Assembly (NCBI RefSeq): GCF_964355755.1
Contig: NC_092674.1
Span: 8,618,001-8,682,000 of the forward strand
Length of the DNA: 64,000 bases
Direction of reading: 5' to 3'
Origin: Antedon mediterranea
Lineage: Eukaryota; Animalia; Echinodermata
The notes under the pieces are model-generated. The model was not told where the DNA came from, searched no databases, and was given only the letters and a program-made list of their open reading frames with translations. Position numbers and translations under genes: made by a program. Positions 38,781 to 52,039 of this stretch are shown in pieces; within the stretch, counting starts at the first letter, position 1, and each line of letters starts with the position of its first letter.

Positions 38781-41700
38781 AAAGTGTTTCTGGAAAGTCA
38801 GGACCATACTACGTCAATCTATACTATTGTGTACCCGGCCCGAGGCGTCGGGGTGTGGTCATATGGCCACTTTAAAAGTGGCGTTTACTAAATTAATGCT
38901 AAAAATACGCATTTTAAATAGCTTTAAAACACGTACTTGCCCGCACTGGTCCGGGGCAAGTGGCACATTTCTGGAATTTCAGGACCATTCTACGTCAATC
39001 CATACTATTGTGAACCCGGCGCGAGGCGTCGGGGTGTGGTCATATTGCCACTTTAAAAGTAGTGCTGTTAATACTTAGTTAAAAAAACACTAAATATACG
39101 CATTTTAAATTGCTTTTAAACACGTACTTGCCCGCACTGGGCCGGGGCAAGTGGCACGTTTATGGAATGCCAGGACCATTCTACATCAACAATCTATACT
39201 ATTGTGAACCCGACCCAAGGCGTCGGGGTGTGGTCATATGGCCACTTTAAAAGTGGTGTTTACTAAATTAATGCTAAAAATACGCATTTTAAATTGCTTT
39301 AAAATCCGTACTTGCCCGCACTGGGCCGGGGCAAGTGGCACATTTCTGGAAAGCCAGGACCATACTGCGTCAATCTATACTATTGTGTACCCGGCCCGAG
39401 GCGTCGGGGTGTGGTCATATGGCCACTTTAAAAGTGGTGCTATTAATACTTAGTAAAATAACACTAAAAATAAGCATTTTAAATTGCTTTAAAACACGTA
39501 CTGGCCCGCACTGGGCCGGGGCAAGTGGCACATTTCTAGAAAGTCTGGACCTTTCTACGTCAATCCATACTATTGTGAACCCGGCCCGAGGCGTCGGGGT
39601 GTGGTCATATTGCCACTTTAAAAGTGGTGCTATTAATACTTAGTAAAATAACACTAAAAATACGCATTTTAAATTGCTTTAAAACACGTACTTGCCCGCA
39701 CCAGGCCGGGGCAAGTGGTACATTTCTGGATCAATGCCAGGACCATACTACGTCAATCTATACTATCGTGAACCCGACCCGAGGCGTCGGTGTGTGGTCA
39801 TAATGGCCACTTTAAAAGTGGTGTTTACTAAATTAATGCTAAAAATACGCATTTTAAATTGCTTTAAAATCCGTACTTGCTCGCACTGGGCCGGGGCAAG
39901 TGGCACATTTCTGGAAAGCCAGGACCATACTACGTCAATCTATACTATTGTGTACCCGGCCCGAGGCGTCGGGGTGTGGTCAGATCATATGGCCACTTTA
40001 AAAGTGGTGTTTACTAAATTAATGCTAAAAATACGCATTTTAAATTGCTTTAAAATCCGTACTTGCTCGCACTGGGCCGGGGCAAGTGGCATATTTCTGG
40101 AATGCCAGGACCATACTACGTCAATCTATACTATTGTGTTCCCGGCCCGAGGCGTCGGGGTGTGGTCATATGGCCACTTTAAATGTGGTGCTATTAATTC
40201 TTAGTAAATTAATGCTAAAAATACGCATTTGAAATTGCTTTTAAACACTTACTTGCCCGCACTGGGCCGGGGCAAGTGGCACATTTATGGAATGCCAGGA
40301 CCATTCTACATCAATCTATACTATTGTGAACCCGACCCGAGGCGTCGGGGTGTGGTCATATGGCCACTTTAAAAGTGGTGCTATTAATTCTTAGTAAATT
40401 TTTGCTAAAAATACGCATTTGAAATTGCTTTAAAATAACGTACTTCCACGCACTGGGCCGGGGCAGGTGGCACATTTCTGGAATGTCAGGACCATACTAC
40501 GTCAATCTATACTATTGTGTACCCGGCCCGATGCGTCGGGGTGTGGTCATATGGCCACTTTAAAAGTGGTGTTTACTAAATTAATGCCAAAAATACGCAT
40601 TTTAAATTGCTTTAAAATCCGTACTCGCCCGCACTGGGCCGGGGCAAGTGGCACATTTCTGGAAAGCCAGGACCATACTACGTCAATCTATACTATTGTG
40701 TACCCGGCCCGAGGCGTCGGGGTGCGGTCATATTGCCACTTTAAAAGTGGTGCTATTAATACTTAGTAAAATAACACTAAAAATACGCATTTTAAATTGC
40801 TTTAAAACCCGTACTTGCCCGCACTGGGCCGGGCAAAGTGGCACATTTCTGGAATGCCAGGACCATACTACGTCAATCTATATTATTGTGTACCCGGCCC
40901 GAGGCGTCGGGGTGTGGTCATATTGCCACTTTAAAAGTGGTGCTATTAATACTTAGTAAAATAACATTAAAAATACGCATTTTAAATTGCTTTAAAACAC
41001 GTACTTGCCCGCACTGGGCCGGGGCAAGTGGCACATTTCTGGAATGTCCGGACCAGTCTACGTCAATCCACACTATTGTGAATCCGGCCCGAGGCGTCGG
41101 GGTGTGGTCATATTGCCACTTTAAAAGTGGTGCTATTAATACTTAGTAAAATAACACTAAAAACACGCATTTTAAATTGCTTTAAAATCCGTACTTGCCC
41201 ACACTGGGCCGGGGCAAGTGGCACATTTCTGGAAAGCCAGGACCATACTACGTCAATCTATACTATTGTGTACCCGGCCCGAGGCGTCGGGGTGTGGTCA
41301 GATCATATGGCCACTTTAAAAGTGGTGTTTACTAAATTAATGCTAAAAATACGCATTTTAAATTGCTTTAAAATCCGTACTTGCCCGCACTGGGCCGGGG
41401 CAAGTGGCATATTTCTGGAATGCCAGGACCATACTACGTTAATCTATACTATTGTGTTCCCGGCCCGAGGCGTCGGGGTGTGGTCATATGGCCACTTTAA
41501 ATGTGGTGCTATTAATTCTTAGTAAATTAATGCTAAAAATACGCATTTGAAATTGCTTTTAAACACGTACTTGCCCGCACTGGGCCGGGGCAAGTGGCAC
41601 ATTTCTGGAAAGCCAGGACCATACTAAGTCAATCTATACTATTGTGTACCCGGCCCGACGCGTCGGGGTGTGGTCATATGGCCACTTTAAAAGTGGTGTT

Positions 41701-44700
41701 TACTAAATTAATGCTAAAAATACGCATTTTAAATTGCTTTAAAATCCGTACATGCCCGCACTGGGCCGGGGCAAGTGGCACATTTCTGGAATGCCAGGAC
41801 CATTCTACGTCAATCTATACTATTGTGTTCCCGGCCCGAGGCGTTGGGGTGTGGTCATATGGCCACTTTAAAAGTGGTGCTATTAATTCTTAGTAAATTA
41901 ATGCTAAAAATACGCATTTGAAATTGCTTTTAAACACGTACTTGCCCGCACTGGGCCGGGGCAAGTGGCACATTTCTGGAAAGTCAGGACCATACTACGT
42001 CAATCTATACTATTGTGTACCCGGCCCGAGGCGTCGGGGTGTGATCATATGGCCACTTTAAAAGTGGTGTTTACTAAATTAATGCCAAAAATACGCATTT
42101 TAAATTGCTTTAAAATCCGTACTCGCCCGCACTGGGCCGGGGCAAGTGGCACATTTCTGGAAAACAAGGACCATACTACGTCAATCTATACTATTGTGTA
42201 CCCGGCCCGAGGCGTCGGGGTGCGGTCATATTGCCACTTTAAAAGTGGTGCTATTAATACTTAGTAAAATAACACTAAAAATACGCATTATAAATTGCTT
42301 TAAAACCCGTACTTGCCCGCACTGGGCCGGGGAAAGTGGCACATTTCTGGAATGCCAGGACCATACTACGTCAACCTATATTATTGTGTACCCGGCCCGA
42401 GGCGTCGGGGTGTGGTCATATGGCCACTTTAAAAGTGGTGCTATTAATACTTAGTAAAATAACACTAAAAATACGCATTTGAAATTGCTTTTAAACACGT
42501 ACTTGCCCGCACTGGGCCGGGGCAAGTGGCACATTTCTGGAAAGTCAGGACCATACTACGTCAATCTATACTATTGTGAATCCGGCCCGAGGCGTCGGGG
42601 TGTGGTCATATTGCCACTTTAAAAGTGGTGCTATTAATACTTAGTAAAATAACACTAAAAACACGCATTTTAAATTGCTTTAAAACACGTACTTGCCCGC
42701 ACTGGGCCGGGGCAAGTGGCACATTTCTGGAATGTCCGGACCATTCTACGTCAATCCATACTATTGTGAATCCGGTCCGAGGCGTCGGGGTGTGGTCATA
42801 TTGCCACTTTAAAAGTGGTGCTATTAATACTTAGTAAAATAACATTAAAAATACGCATTTTAAATTGCTTTAAAATCCGTACTTGCCCGCACTGGGCCGG
42901 GGCAAGTGGCATATTTCTGGAATGCCAGGACCATACTACGTCAATCTATACTATTGTGTTCCCGGCCCGAGGCGTCGGGGTGTGGTCATATGGCCACTTT
43001 AAATGTGGTGCTATTAATTCTTAGTAAATTAATGTGTTTACTAAATTAATGCTAAAAATACGCATTTTAAATTGCTTTAAAATCCGTACTTGCCCGCACT
43101 GGGCCGGGGCAAGTGGCATGTTTCTGGAATGCCAGGACCATACTACGTTAATCTATACTATTGTGTTCCCGGCCCGAGGCGTCGGGGTGTGGTCATATGG
43201 CCACTTTAAATGTGGTGCTATTAATTCTTAGTAAATTAATGCTAAAAATACGCATTTGAAATTGCTTTTAAACACGTACTTGCCCGCACTGGGCCGCGGC
43301 AAGTGGCACATTTCTGGAAAGCCAGGACCATACTAAGTCAATCTATACTATTGTGTACCCGGCCCGACGCGTCGGGGTGTGGTCATATGGCCACTTTAAA
43401 AGTGGTGTTTACTAAATTAATGCTAAAAATACGCATTTTAAATTGCTTTAAAATCCGTACATGCCCGCACTGGGCCGGGGCAAGTGGCACATTTCTGGAA
43501 TGCCAGGACCATTCTACGTCAATCTATACTATTGTGTTCCCGGCCCGAGGCGTTGGGGTGTGGTCATATGGCCACTTTAAAAGTGGTGCTATTAATTCTT
43601 AGTAAATTAATGCTAAAAATACGCATTTGAAATTGCTTTTAAACACGTACTTGCCCGCACTGGGCCGGGGCAAGTGGCACATTTCTGGAAAGTCAGGACC
43701 ATACTACGTCAATCTATACTATTGTGTACCCGGCCCGAGGCGTCGGGGTGTGATCATATGGCCACTTTAAAAGTGGTGTTTACTAAATTAATGCCAAAAA
43801 TACGCATTTTAAATTGCTTTAAAATCCGTACTCGCCCGCACTGGGCCGGGGCAAGTGGCACATTTCTGGAAAACAAGGACCATACTACGTCAATCTATAC
43901 TATTGTGTACCCGGCCCGAGGCGTCGGGGTGCGGTCATATTGCCACTTTAAAAGTGGTGCTATTAATACTTAGTAAAATAACACTAAAAATACGCATTAT
44001 AAATTGCTTTAAAACCCGTACTTGCCCGCACTGGGCCGGGGAAAGTGGCACATTTCTGGAATGCCAGGACCATACTACGTCAACCTATATTATTGTGTAC
44101 CCGGCCCGAGGCGTCGGGGTGTGGTCATATGGCCACTTTAAAAGTGGTGCTATTAATACTTAGTAAAATAACACTAAAAATACGCATTTGAAATTGCTTT
44201 TAAACACTTACTTGCCCGCACTGGGCCGGGGCAAGTGGCACATTTCTGGAAAGTCAGGACCATACTACGTCAATCTATACTATTGTGAATCCGGCCCGAG
44301 GCGTCGGGGTGTGGTCATATTGCCACTTTAAAAGTGGTGCTATTAATACTTAGTAAAATAACACTAAAAACACGCATTTTAAATTGCTTTAAAACACGTA
44401 CTTGCCCGCACTGGGCCGGGGCAAGTGGCACATTTCTGGAATGTCCGGACCATTCTACGTCAATCCATACTATTGTGAATCCGGTCCGAGGCGTCGGGGT
44501 GTGGTCATATTGCCACTTTAAAAGTGGTGCTATTAATACTTAGTAAAATAACATTAAAAATACGCATTTTAAATTGCTTTAAAATCCGTACTTGCCCGCA
44601 CTGGGCCGGGGCAAGTGGCATATTTTTGGAATGCCAGGACCATACTACGTCAATCTATACTATTGTGTTCCCGGCCCGAGGCGTCGGGGTGTGGTCATAT

Positions 44701-47700
44701 GGCCACTTTAAATGTGGTGCTATTAATTCTTAGTAAATTAATGTGTTTACTAAATTAATGCTAAAAATACGCATTTTAAATTGCTTTAAAATCCGTACTT
44801 GCCCGCACTGGGCCGGGGCAAGTGGCATATTTCTGAAATGCCAGGACCATACTACGTCAATCTATACTATTGTGTTCCCGGCCCGAGGCGTCGGGGTGTG
44901 GTCATATGGCCACTTTAAATGTGGTGCTATTAATTCTTAGTCAATTAATGCTAAAAATACGCATTTGAAATTGCTTTTAAACACGTACTTGTCCGCACTG
45001 AGCCGGGGCAAGTGGCACATTTCTGGAAAGCCAGGACCATACTACGTCAATCTATACTAATGTGTACCCGGCCCGAGGCGTCGGGGTGTGGTCATATGGC
45101 CACTTTAAAAGTGGTGTTTACTAAATTAATGCTAAAAATACGCATTTTAAATTGCTTTAAAATCCGTACTTGCTCGCACTGGGCCGGGGCAAGTGGCATA
45201 TTTATGGAATGCCAGGACCATACTACGTCAATCTATACTATTGTGTTCCCGGCCCGAGGCGTCGGGGTGTGGTCATATGGCCACTTTAAATGTGGTGCTA
45301 TTAATTCTTAGTAAATTAATGCTAAAAATACGCATTTGAAATTGCTTTTAAACACTTACTTGCCCGCACTGGGCCGGGGCAAGTGGCACATTTATGGAAT
45401 GCCAGGACCATTCTACATCAATCTATACTATTGTGAACCCGACCCGAGGCGTCGGGGTGTGGTCATATGGCCACTTTAAAAGTGGTGCTATTAATTCTTA
45501 GTAAATTTTTGCTAAAAATACGCATTTGAAATTGCTTTAAAATCCGTACTTGCCCGCACTGGGCCGGGGCAAGTGGCATATTTCTGAAATGCCAGGACCA
45601 TACTACGTCAATCTATACTATTGTGTTCCCGGCCCGAGGCGTCGGGGTGTGGTCATATGGCCACTTTAAATGTGGTGCTATTAATTCTTAGTAAATTAAT
45701 GCTAAAAATACGCATTTGAAATTGCTTTTAAACACGTACTTGTCCGCACTGAGCCGGGGCAAGTGGCACATTTCTGGAAAGCCAGGACCATACTACGTCA
45801 ATCTATACTAATGTGTACCCGGCCCGAGGCGTCGGGGTGTGGTCATATGGCCACTTTAAAAGTGGTGTTTACTAAATTAATGCTAAAAATACGCATTTTA
45901 AATTGCTTTAAAATCCGTACTTGCTCGCACTGGGCCGGGGCAAGTGGCATATTTATGGAATGCCAGGACCATACTACGTCAATCTATACTATTGTGTTCC
46001 CGGCCCGAGGCGTCGGGGTGTGGTCATATGGCCACTTTAAATGTGGTGCTATTAATTCTTAGTAAATTAATGCTAAAAATACGCATTTGAAATTGCTTTT
46101 AAACACTTACTTGCCCGCACTGGGCCGGGGCAAGTGGCACATTTATGGAATGCCAGGACCATTCTACATCAATCTATACTATTGTGAACCCGACCCGAGG
46201 CGTCGGGGTGTGGTCATATGGCCACTTTAAAAGTGGTGCTATTAATTCTTAGTAAATTTTTGCTAAAAATACGCATTTGAAATTGCTTTAAAATAACGTA
46301 CTTCCACGCACTGGGCCGGAGCAGGTGGCACATTTCTGGAATGTCAGGACCATACTACGTCAATCTATACTATTGTGTACCCGGCCCGATGCGTCGGGGT
46401 GTGGTCATATGGCCACTTTAAAAGTGGTGTTTACTAAATTAATGCCAAAAATACGCATTTTAAATTGCTTTAAAATCCGTACTCGCCCGCACTGGGCCGG
46501 GGCAAGTGGCACATTTCTGGAAAGCCAGGACCATACTACGTCAATCTATACTATTGTGTACCCGGCCCGAGGCGTCGGGGTGCGGTCATATTGCCACTTT
46601 AAAAGTGGTGCTATTAATACTTAGTAAAATAACACTAAAAATACGCATTTTAAATTGCTTTAAAACCCGTACTTGCCCGCACTGGGCCGGGCAAAGTGGC
46701 ACATTTCTGGAATGCCAGGACCATACTACGTCAATCTATATTATTGTGTACCCGGCCCGAGGCGTCGGGGTGTGGTCATATGGCCACTTTAAAAGTGGTG
46801 CTATTAATACTTAGTAAAATAACATTAAAAATACGCATTTTAAATTGCTTTAAAACACGTACTTGCCCGCACTGGGCCGGGGCAAGTGGCACATTTCTGG
46901 AATGTCCGGACCATTCTACGTCAATCCACACTATTGTGAATCCGGCCCGAGGCGTCGGGTGTGGTCATATTGCCACTTTAAAAGTGGTGCTATTAATACT
47001 TAGTAAAATAACACTAAAAACACGCATTTTAAATTGCTTTAAAATCCGTACTTGCCCGCACTGGGCCGGGGCAAGTGGCACATTTCTGGAAAGCCAGGAC
47101 CATACTACGTCAATCTATACTATTGTGTACCCGGCCCGAGGCGTCGGGGTGTGGTCAGATCATATGGCCACTTTAAAAGTGGTGTTTACTAAATTAATGC
47201 TAAAAATACGCATTTTAAATTGCTTTAAAATCCGTACTTGCCCGCACTGGGCCGGGGCAAGTGGCATATTTCTGGAATGCCAGGACCATACTACGTTAAT
47301 CTATACTATTGTGTTCCCGGCCCGAGGCGTCGGGGTGTGGTCATATGGCCACTTTAAATGTGGTGCTATTAATTCTTAGTAAATTAATGCTAAAAATACG
47401 CATTTGAAATTGCTTTTAAACACGTACTTGCCCGCACTGGGCCGGGGCAAGTGGCACATTTCTGGAAAGCCAGGACCATACTAAGTCAATCTATACTATT
47501 GTGTACCCGGCCCGACGCGTCGGGGTGTGGTCATATGGCCACTTTAAAAGTGGTGTTTACTAAATTAATGCTAAAAATACGCATTTTAAATTGCTTTAAA
47601 ATCCGTACATGCCCGCACTGGGCCGGGGCAAGTGGCACATTTCTGGAATGCCAGGACCATTCTACGTCAATCTATACTATTGTGTTCCCGGCCCGAGGCG

Positions 47701-50700
47701 TTGGGGTGTGGTCATATGGCCACTTTAAAAGTGGTGCTATTAATTCTTAGTAAATTAATGCTAAAAATACGCATTTGAAATTGCTTTTAAACACGTACTT
47801 GCCCGCACTGGGCCGGGGCAAGTGGCACATTTCTGGAAAGTCAGGACCATACTACGTCAATCTATACTATTGTGTACCCGGCCCGAGGCGTCGGGGTGTG
47901 ATCATATGGCCACTTTAAAAGTGGTGTTTACTAAATTAATGCCAAAAATACGCATTTTAAATTGCTTTAAAATCCGTACTCGCCTGCACTGGGCCGGGGC
48001 AAGTGGCACATTTCTGGAAAACAAGGACCATACTACGTCAATCTATACTATTGTGTACCCGGCCCGAGGCGTCGGGGTGCGGTCATATTGCCACTTTAAA
48101 AGTGGTGCTATTAATACTTAGTAAAATAACACTAAAAATACGCATTTTAAATTGCTTTAAAACCCGTACTTGCCCGCACTGGGCCGGGGAAAGTGGCACA
48201 TTTCTGGAATGCCAGGACCATACTACGTCAACCTATATTATTGTGTACCCGGCCCGAGGCGTCGGGGTGTGGTCATATGGCCACTTTAAAAGTGGTGCTA
48301 TTAATACTTAGTAAAATAACACTAAAAATACGCATTTGAAATTGCTTTTAAACACGTACTTGCCCGCACTGGGCCGGGGCAAGTGGCACATTTCTGGAAA
48401 GTCATGACCATACTACGTCAATCTATACTATTGTGAATCCGGCCCGAGGCGTCGGGGTGTGATCATATTGCCACTTTAAAAGTGGTGCTATTAATACTTA
48501 GTAAAATAACACTAAAAACACGCATTTTAAATTGCTTTAAAACACGTACTTGCCCGCACTGGGCCGGGGCAAGTGGCACATTTCTGGAATTTCCGGACCA
48601 TTCTACGTCAATCCATACTATTGTGAATCCGGCCCGAGGCGTCGGGGTGTGGTCATATTGCCACTTTAAAAGTGGTGCTATTAATACTTAGTAAAATAAC
48701 ACTAAAAACACGCATTTCAAATTGCTTTAAAATCCGTACTTGCCCGCACTGGGCCGGGGCAAGTGGCACATTTCTGGAAAGCCAGGACCATACTACGTCA
48801 ATCTATACTATTGTGTACCCGGCCCGAGGCGTCGGGGTGTGGTCATATGGCCACTTTAAAAGTGGTGTTTACTAAATTAATGCTAAAAATACGCATTTTA
48901 AATTGCTTTAAAATCCGTACTTGCCCGCACTGGGCCGGGGCAAGTGGCATATTTCTGGAATGCCAGGACCATACTACGTTAATCTATACTATTGTGTTCC
49001 CGGCCCGAGGCGTCGGGGTGTGGTCATATGGCAACTTTAAATGTGGTGCTATTAATTCTTAGTAAATTAATGCTAAAAATACGCATTTGAAATTGCTTTT
49101 AAACACGTACTTGCCCGCACTGGGCCGGGGCAAGTGGCACATTTCTGGAAAGCCAGGACCATACTAAGTCAATCTATACTATTGTGTACCCGGCCCGAGG
49201 CGTCGGGGTGTGGTCATATGGCCACTTTAAAAGTGGTGTTTACTAAATTAATGCTAAAAATACGCATTTTAAATTGCTTTAAAATCCGTACTTGCCCGCA
49301 CTGGGCCTGGGCAAGTGGCACATTTCTGGAATGCCAGGACCATTCTACGTCAATCTATACTATTGTGTTCCCGGCCCGAGGCGTTGGGGTGTGGTTATAT
49401 GGCCACTTTAAAAGTGGTGCTATTAATTCTTAGTAAATTAATGCTAAAAATACGCATTTGAAATTGCTTTTAAACACGTACTTTCCCGCACTGGGCCGGG
49501 GCAAGTGGCACATTTCTGGAAAGTCAGGACCATACTACGTCAATCTATACTATTGTGTACCCGGCCCGAGGCGTCGGGGTGTGGTCATATGGCCACTTTA
49601 AAAGTGGTGTTTACTAAATTAATGCTAAAAATACGCATTTTAAATTGCTTTAAAATCCGTACTTGCCGGCACTGGGCCGGGGCAAGTGGCATATTTCTGG
49701 AATGCCAGGACCATACTACGTCAATCTATACTATTGTGTTCCCGGCCCGAGGCGTCGGGGTGTGGTCATATGGCCACTTTAAATGTGGTGCTATTAATTC
49801 TTAGTAAATTAATGCTAAAAATACGCATTTGAAATTGCTTTAAAATACGTACTTGCCCGCACTGGGCCGGGGCAAGTGGCACATTTCTGGAATGCCAGGA
49901 CCATTCTACGTCAATCTATACTATTGTGTTCCCGGCCCGAGGCGTTGGGGTGTGGTCATATGGCCACTTTAAAAGTGGTGCTATTAATTCTTAGTAAATT
50001 AATGCTAAAAATACGCATTTGAAATTGCTTTTAAACACGTACTTTCCCGCACTGGGCCGGGGCAAGTGGCACATTTCTGGAAAGTCAGGACCATACTACG
50101 TCAATCTATACTATTTTGTACCCGGCCCGAGGCGTCGTGGTGTGGTCATATGGCCACTTTAAAAGTGGTGTTTACTAAATTAATGTTAAAAATATGCATT
50201 TTAAATTGCTTTAAAATCCGTACTTGCCGGCACTGGGCCGGGGCAAGTGGCATATTTCTGGAATGCCAGGACCATAATACGTCAATCTATACTATTGTGT
50301 TCCCGGCCCGAGGCGTCGGGGTGTGGTCATATGGCCACTTTAAATGTGGTGCTATTAATTCTTAGTAAATTAATGCTAAAAATACGCATTTGAAATTGCT
50401 TTTAAACACTTACTTGCCCGCACTGGGCCGGGGCAAGTGGCACATTTATGGAATGCCAGGACCATTCTACATCAATCTATACTATTGTGAACCCGACCTG
50501 AGGCGTCGGGGTGTGGTTATATGGCCACTTTAAAAGTGGTGCTATTAATTCTTAGTAAATTTTTGCTAAAAATACGCATTTGAATATTGCTTTAAAACAC
50601 GTACTTTTGCACGCACTGGGCCGAGGCAGGTGGCACATTTCTGGAATGCCAGGACCATACTACGTCAATCTATACTATTGAGTACCCGGCCCGATGCGTC

Positions 50701-51455
50701 GGGGTGTGGTCATATGGCCACTTTAAAAGTGGTGTTTACTAAATTAATGCCAAAAATACGCATTTTAAATTGCTTTAAAATCCGTACTTGCCCGCACTGG
50801 GCCGGGGCAAGTGGCACATTTCTGGAAAGCCAGGACCATACTACGTCAATCTATACTATTGTGTACCCGGCGGCCGGCCCGAGACGTCGGGGTGTGGTCA
50901 TATTGCCACTTTAAAAGTGGTGCTATTAATACTTAGTAAAATAACACTAAAAATACGCATTTTAAATTGCTTTAAAACCCGTACTTGCCCGCACTGTGCC
51001 GGGGCAAGTGGCACATTTCTGGAATGCCAGGACCATACTACGTCAATCTATATTATTGTGTACCCGGCCCGAGGCGTCGTGGTGTGGTCATATGGCCACT
51101 TTAAAAGTGGTGCTATTAATTCTTAGTAAATTATTGCTAAAAATACGCATTTGAAATTGCTTTAAAACACGTACTTGCCCGCACTGGGCCGGGGCAGGTG
51201 GCACATTTCTGGAATGCCAGGACCATACTACGTCAATCTATACTATTGTGTACCCGACGCGAGGCGTCGGTGTGTGGTCATATGGCCACTTTAAAAGTGG
51301 TGTTTACTAAATTAATGCTAAAAATACGCATTTTAAATTGCTTTAAAATCCGTACTTGCCCGATCTGGGTCGGGGCAAGTGGCACATTTCTGGAATTCCA
51401 GGACCATACTACGTCAATCTATACTATTGTGAACCCGGCCCGAGGCGTTGGTATG
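38781..51455 (+). repeat. Satellite array, right arm, about 68 monomers of 190/181 bp
   Basis: GTACTTGCCCGCACTGGGCCGGGGCAAGTGGCACATTTCTGG...CCACTTTAAAAGTGG...ATACGCATTTTAAATTGCTTTAAAA is repeated, with offsets of 181 and 190 (40467, 40648, 40838). Confidence 0.97.
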
Positions 51456-52039
51456 GTCGTAATATCGGAACTAAAAAATGTAAATCTGTGATAAAATAGG
51501 TACATCTACACTAGGTCTACTTTGGTACGAATTTGGGCCAGCCGGTCGGCCGCGGCCTAGCGAACGTCGAATAAGGAACCAACTTCACGAATGAATGTCG
51601 AATAGGGAATAAGTAACAGCAGGAGATTGGTTGGTGGCGCACGGCATATTTACCGCTGGGAAATTATCATTTTCGAAATTTTGGCCTAGCCTAGCGAATG
51701 TCGAACGTCGAATAAGGAACCAACTTCCATTGACGAATGTCGAATAAGGAATAAGTAACCAACTTCACGGCGCTAGACCCAACACCTAAGATTACAAATA
51801 CTAAGATATACTACAGCTTAAAAACAATACTTGTTTATCCATACATAATTTTAAACACAGTAGGTTTCATTTATTACCATAAATATAATTTAATACTACC
51901 GCAAAACATAGATAAACTCACATTATTTTCGCCCGTTGAGTAAATGTATATTTTTTCTTTACAACAAACAAACTTGACGGGTTGTTTGTTGGTATATATT
52001 TACTCCATTGTGTTGCTTCAGAGGATGTTTTTCTTCCTT

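Larger units (their letters stand above)
31411..51774. mobile_element. Giant (20,364 bp) non-coding foldback element with satellite arms
   Basis: Termini AGCGCCGTGAAGTTGG and CCAACTTCACGGCGCT. About 320 bp of unique TIR mirrors almost perfectly (coordinates sum to 83185). Imperfect 9-bp TSD AGACACAAA / AGACCCAAC. Confidence 0.88.

Noticed and set aside
38781-51455. Hammerhead ribozyme or retrozyme array
   Set aside because: I found no CTGA.GA...GAAA core in either strand of the monomer. An Infernal search would be needed to exclude other ribozyme classes.
31694-51491. Dozens of 65-227-aa ORFs (MAHFWKARTIL..., MATLKVV...)
   Set aside because: They are translations of the 190/181-bp satellite. 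Monomer lengths are not multiples of 3, most starts are GTG/TTG, and there is no recognisable domain.
31411-51774. Whole palindrome as a long-read foldback assembly artefact
   Set aside because: The arms differ in length and HOR structure. Unique sequence, the host TIR, both TSDs and NHLRC3 exon 2 resume correctly on the right. Raw reads are still needed for proof.
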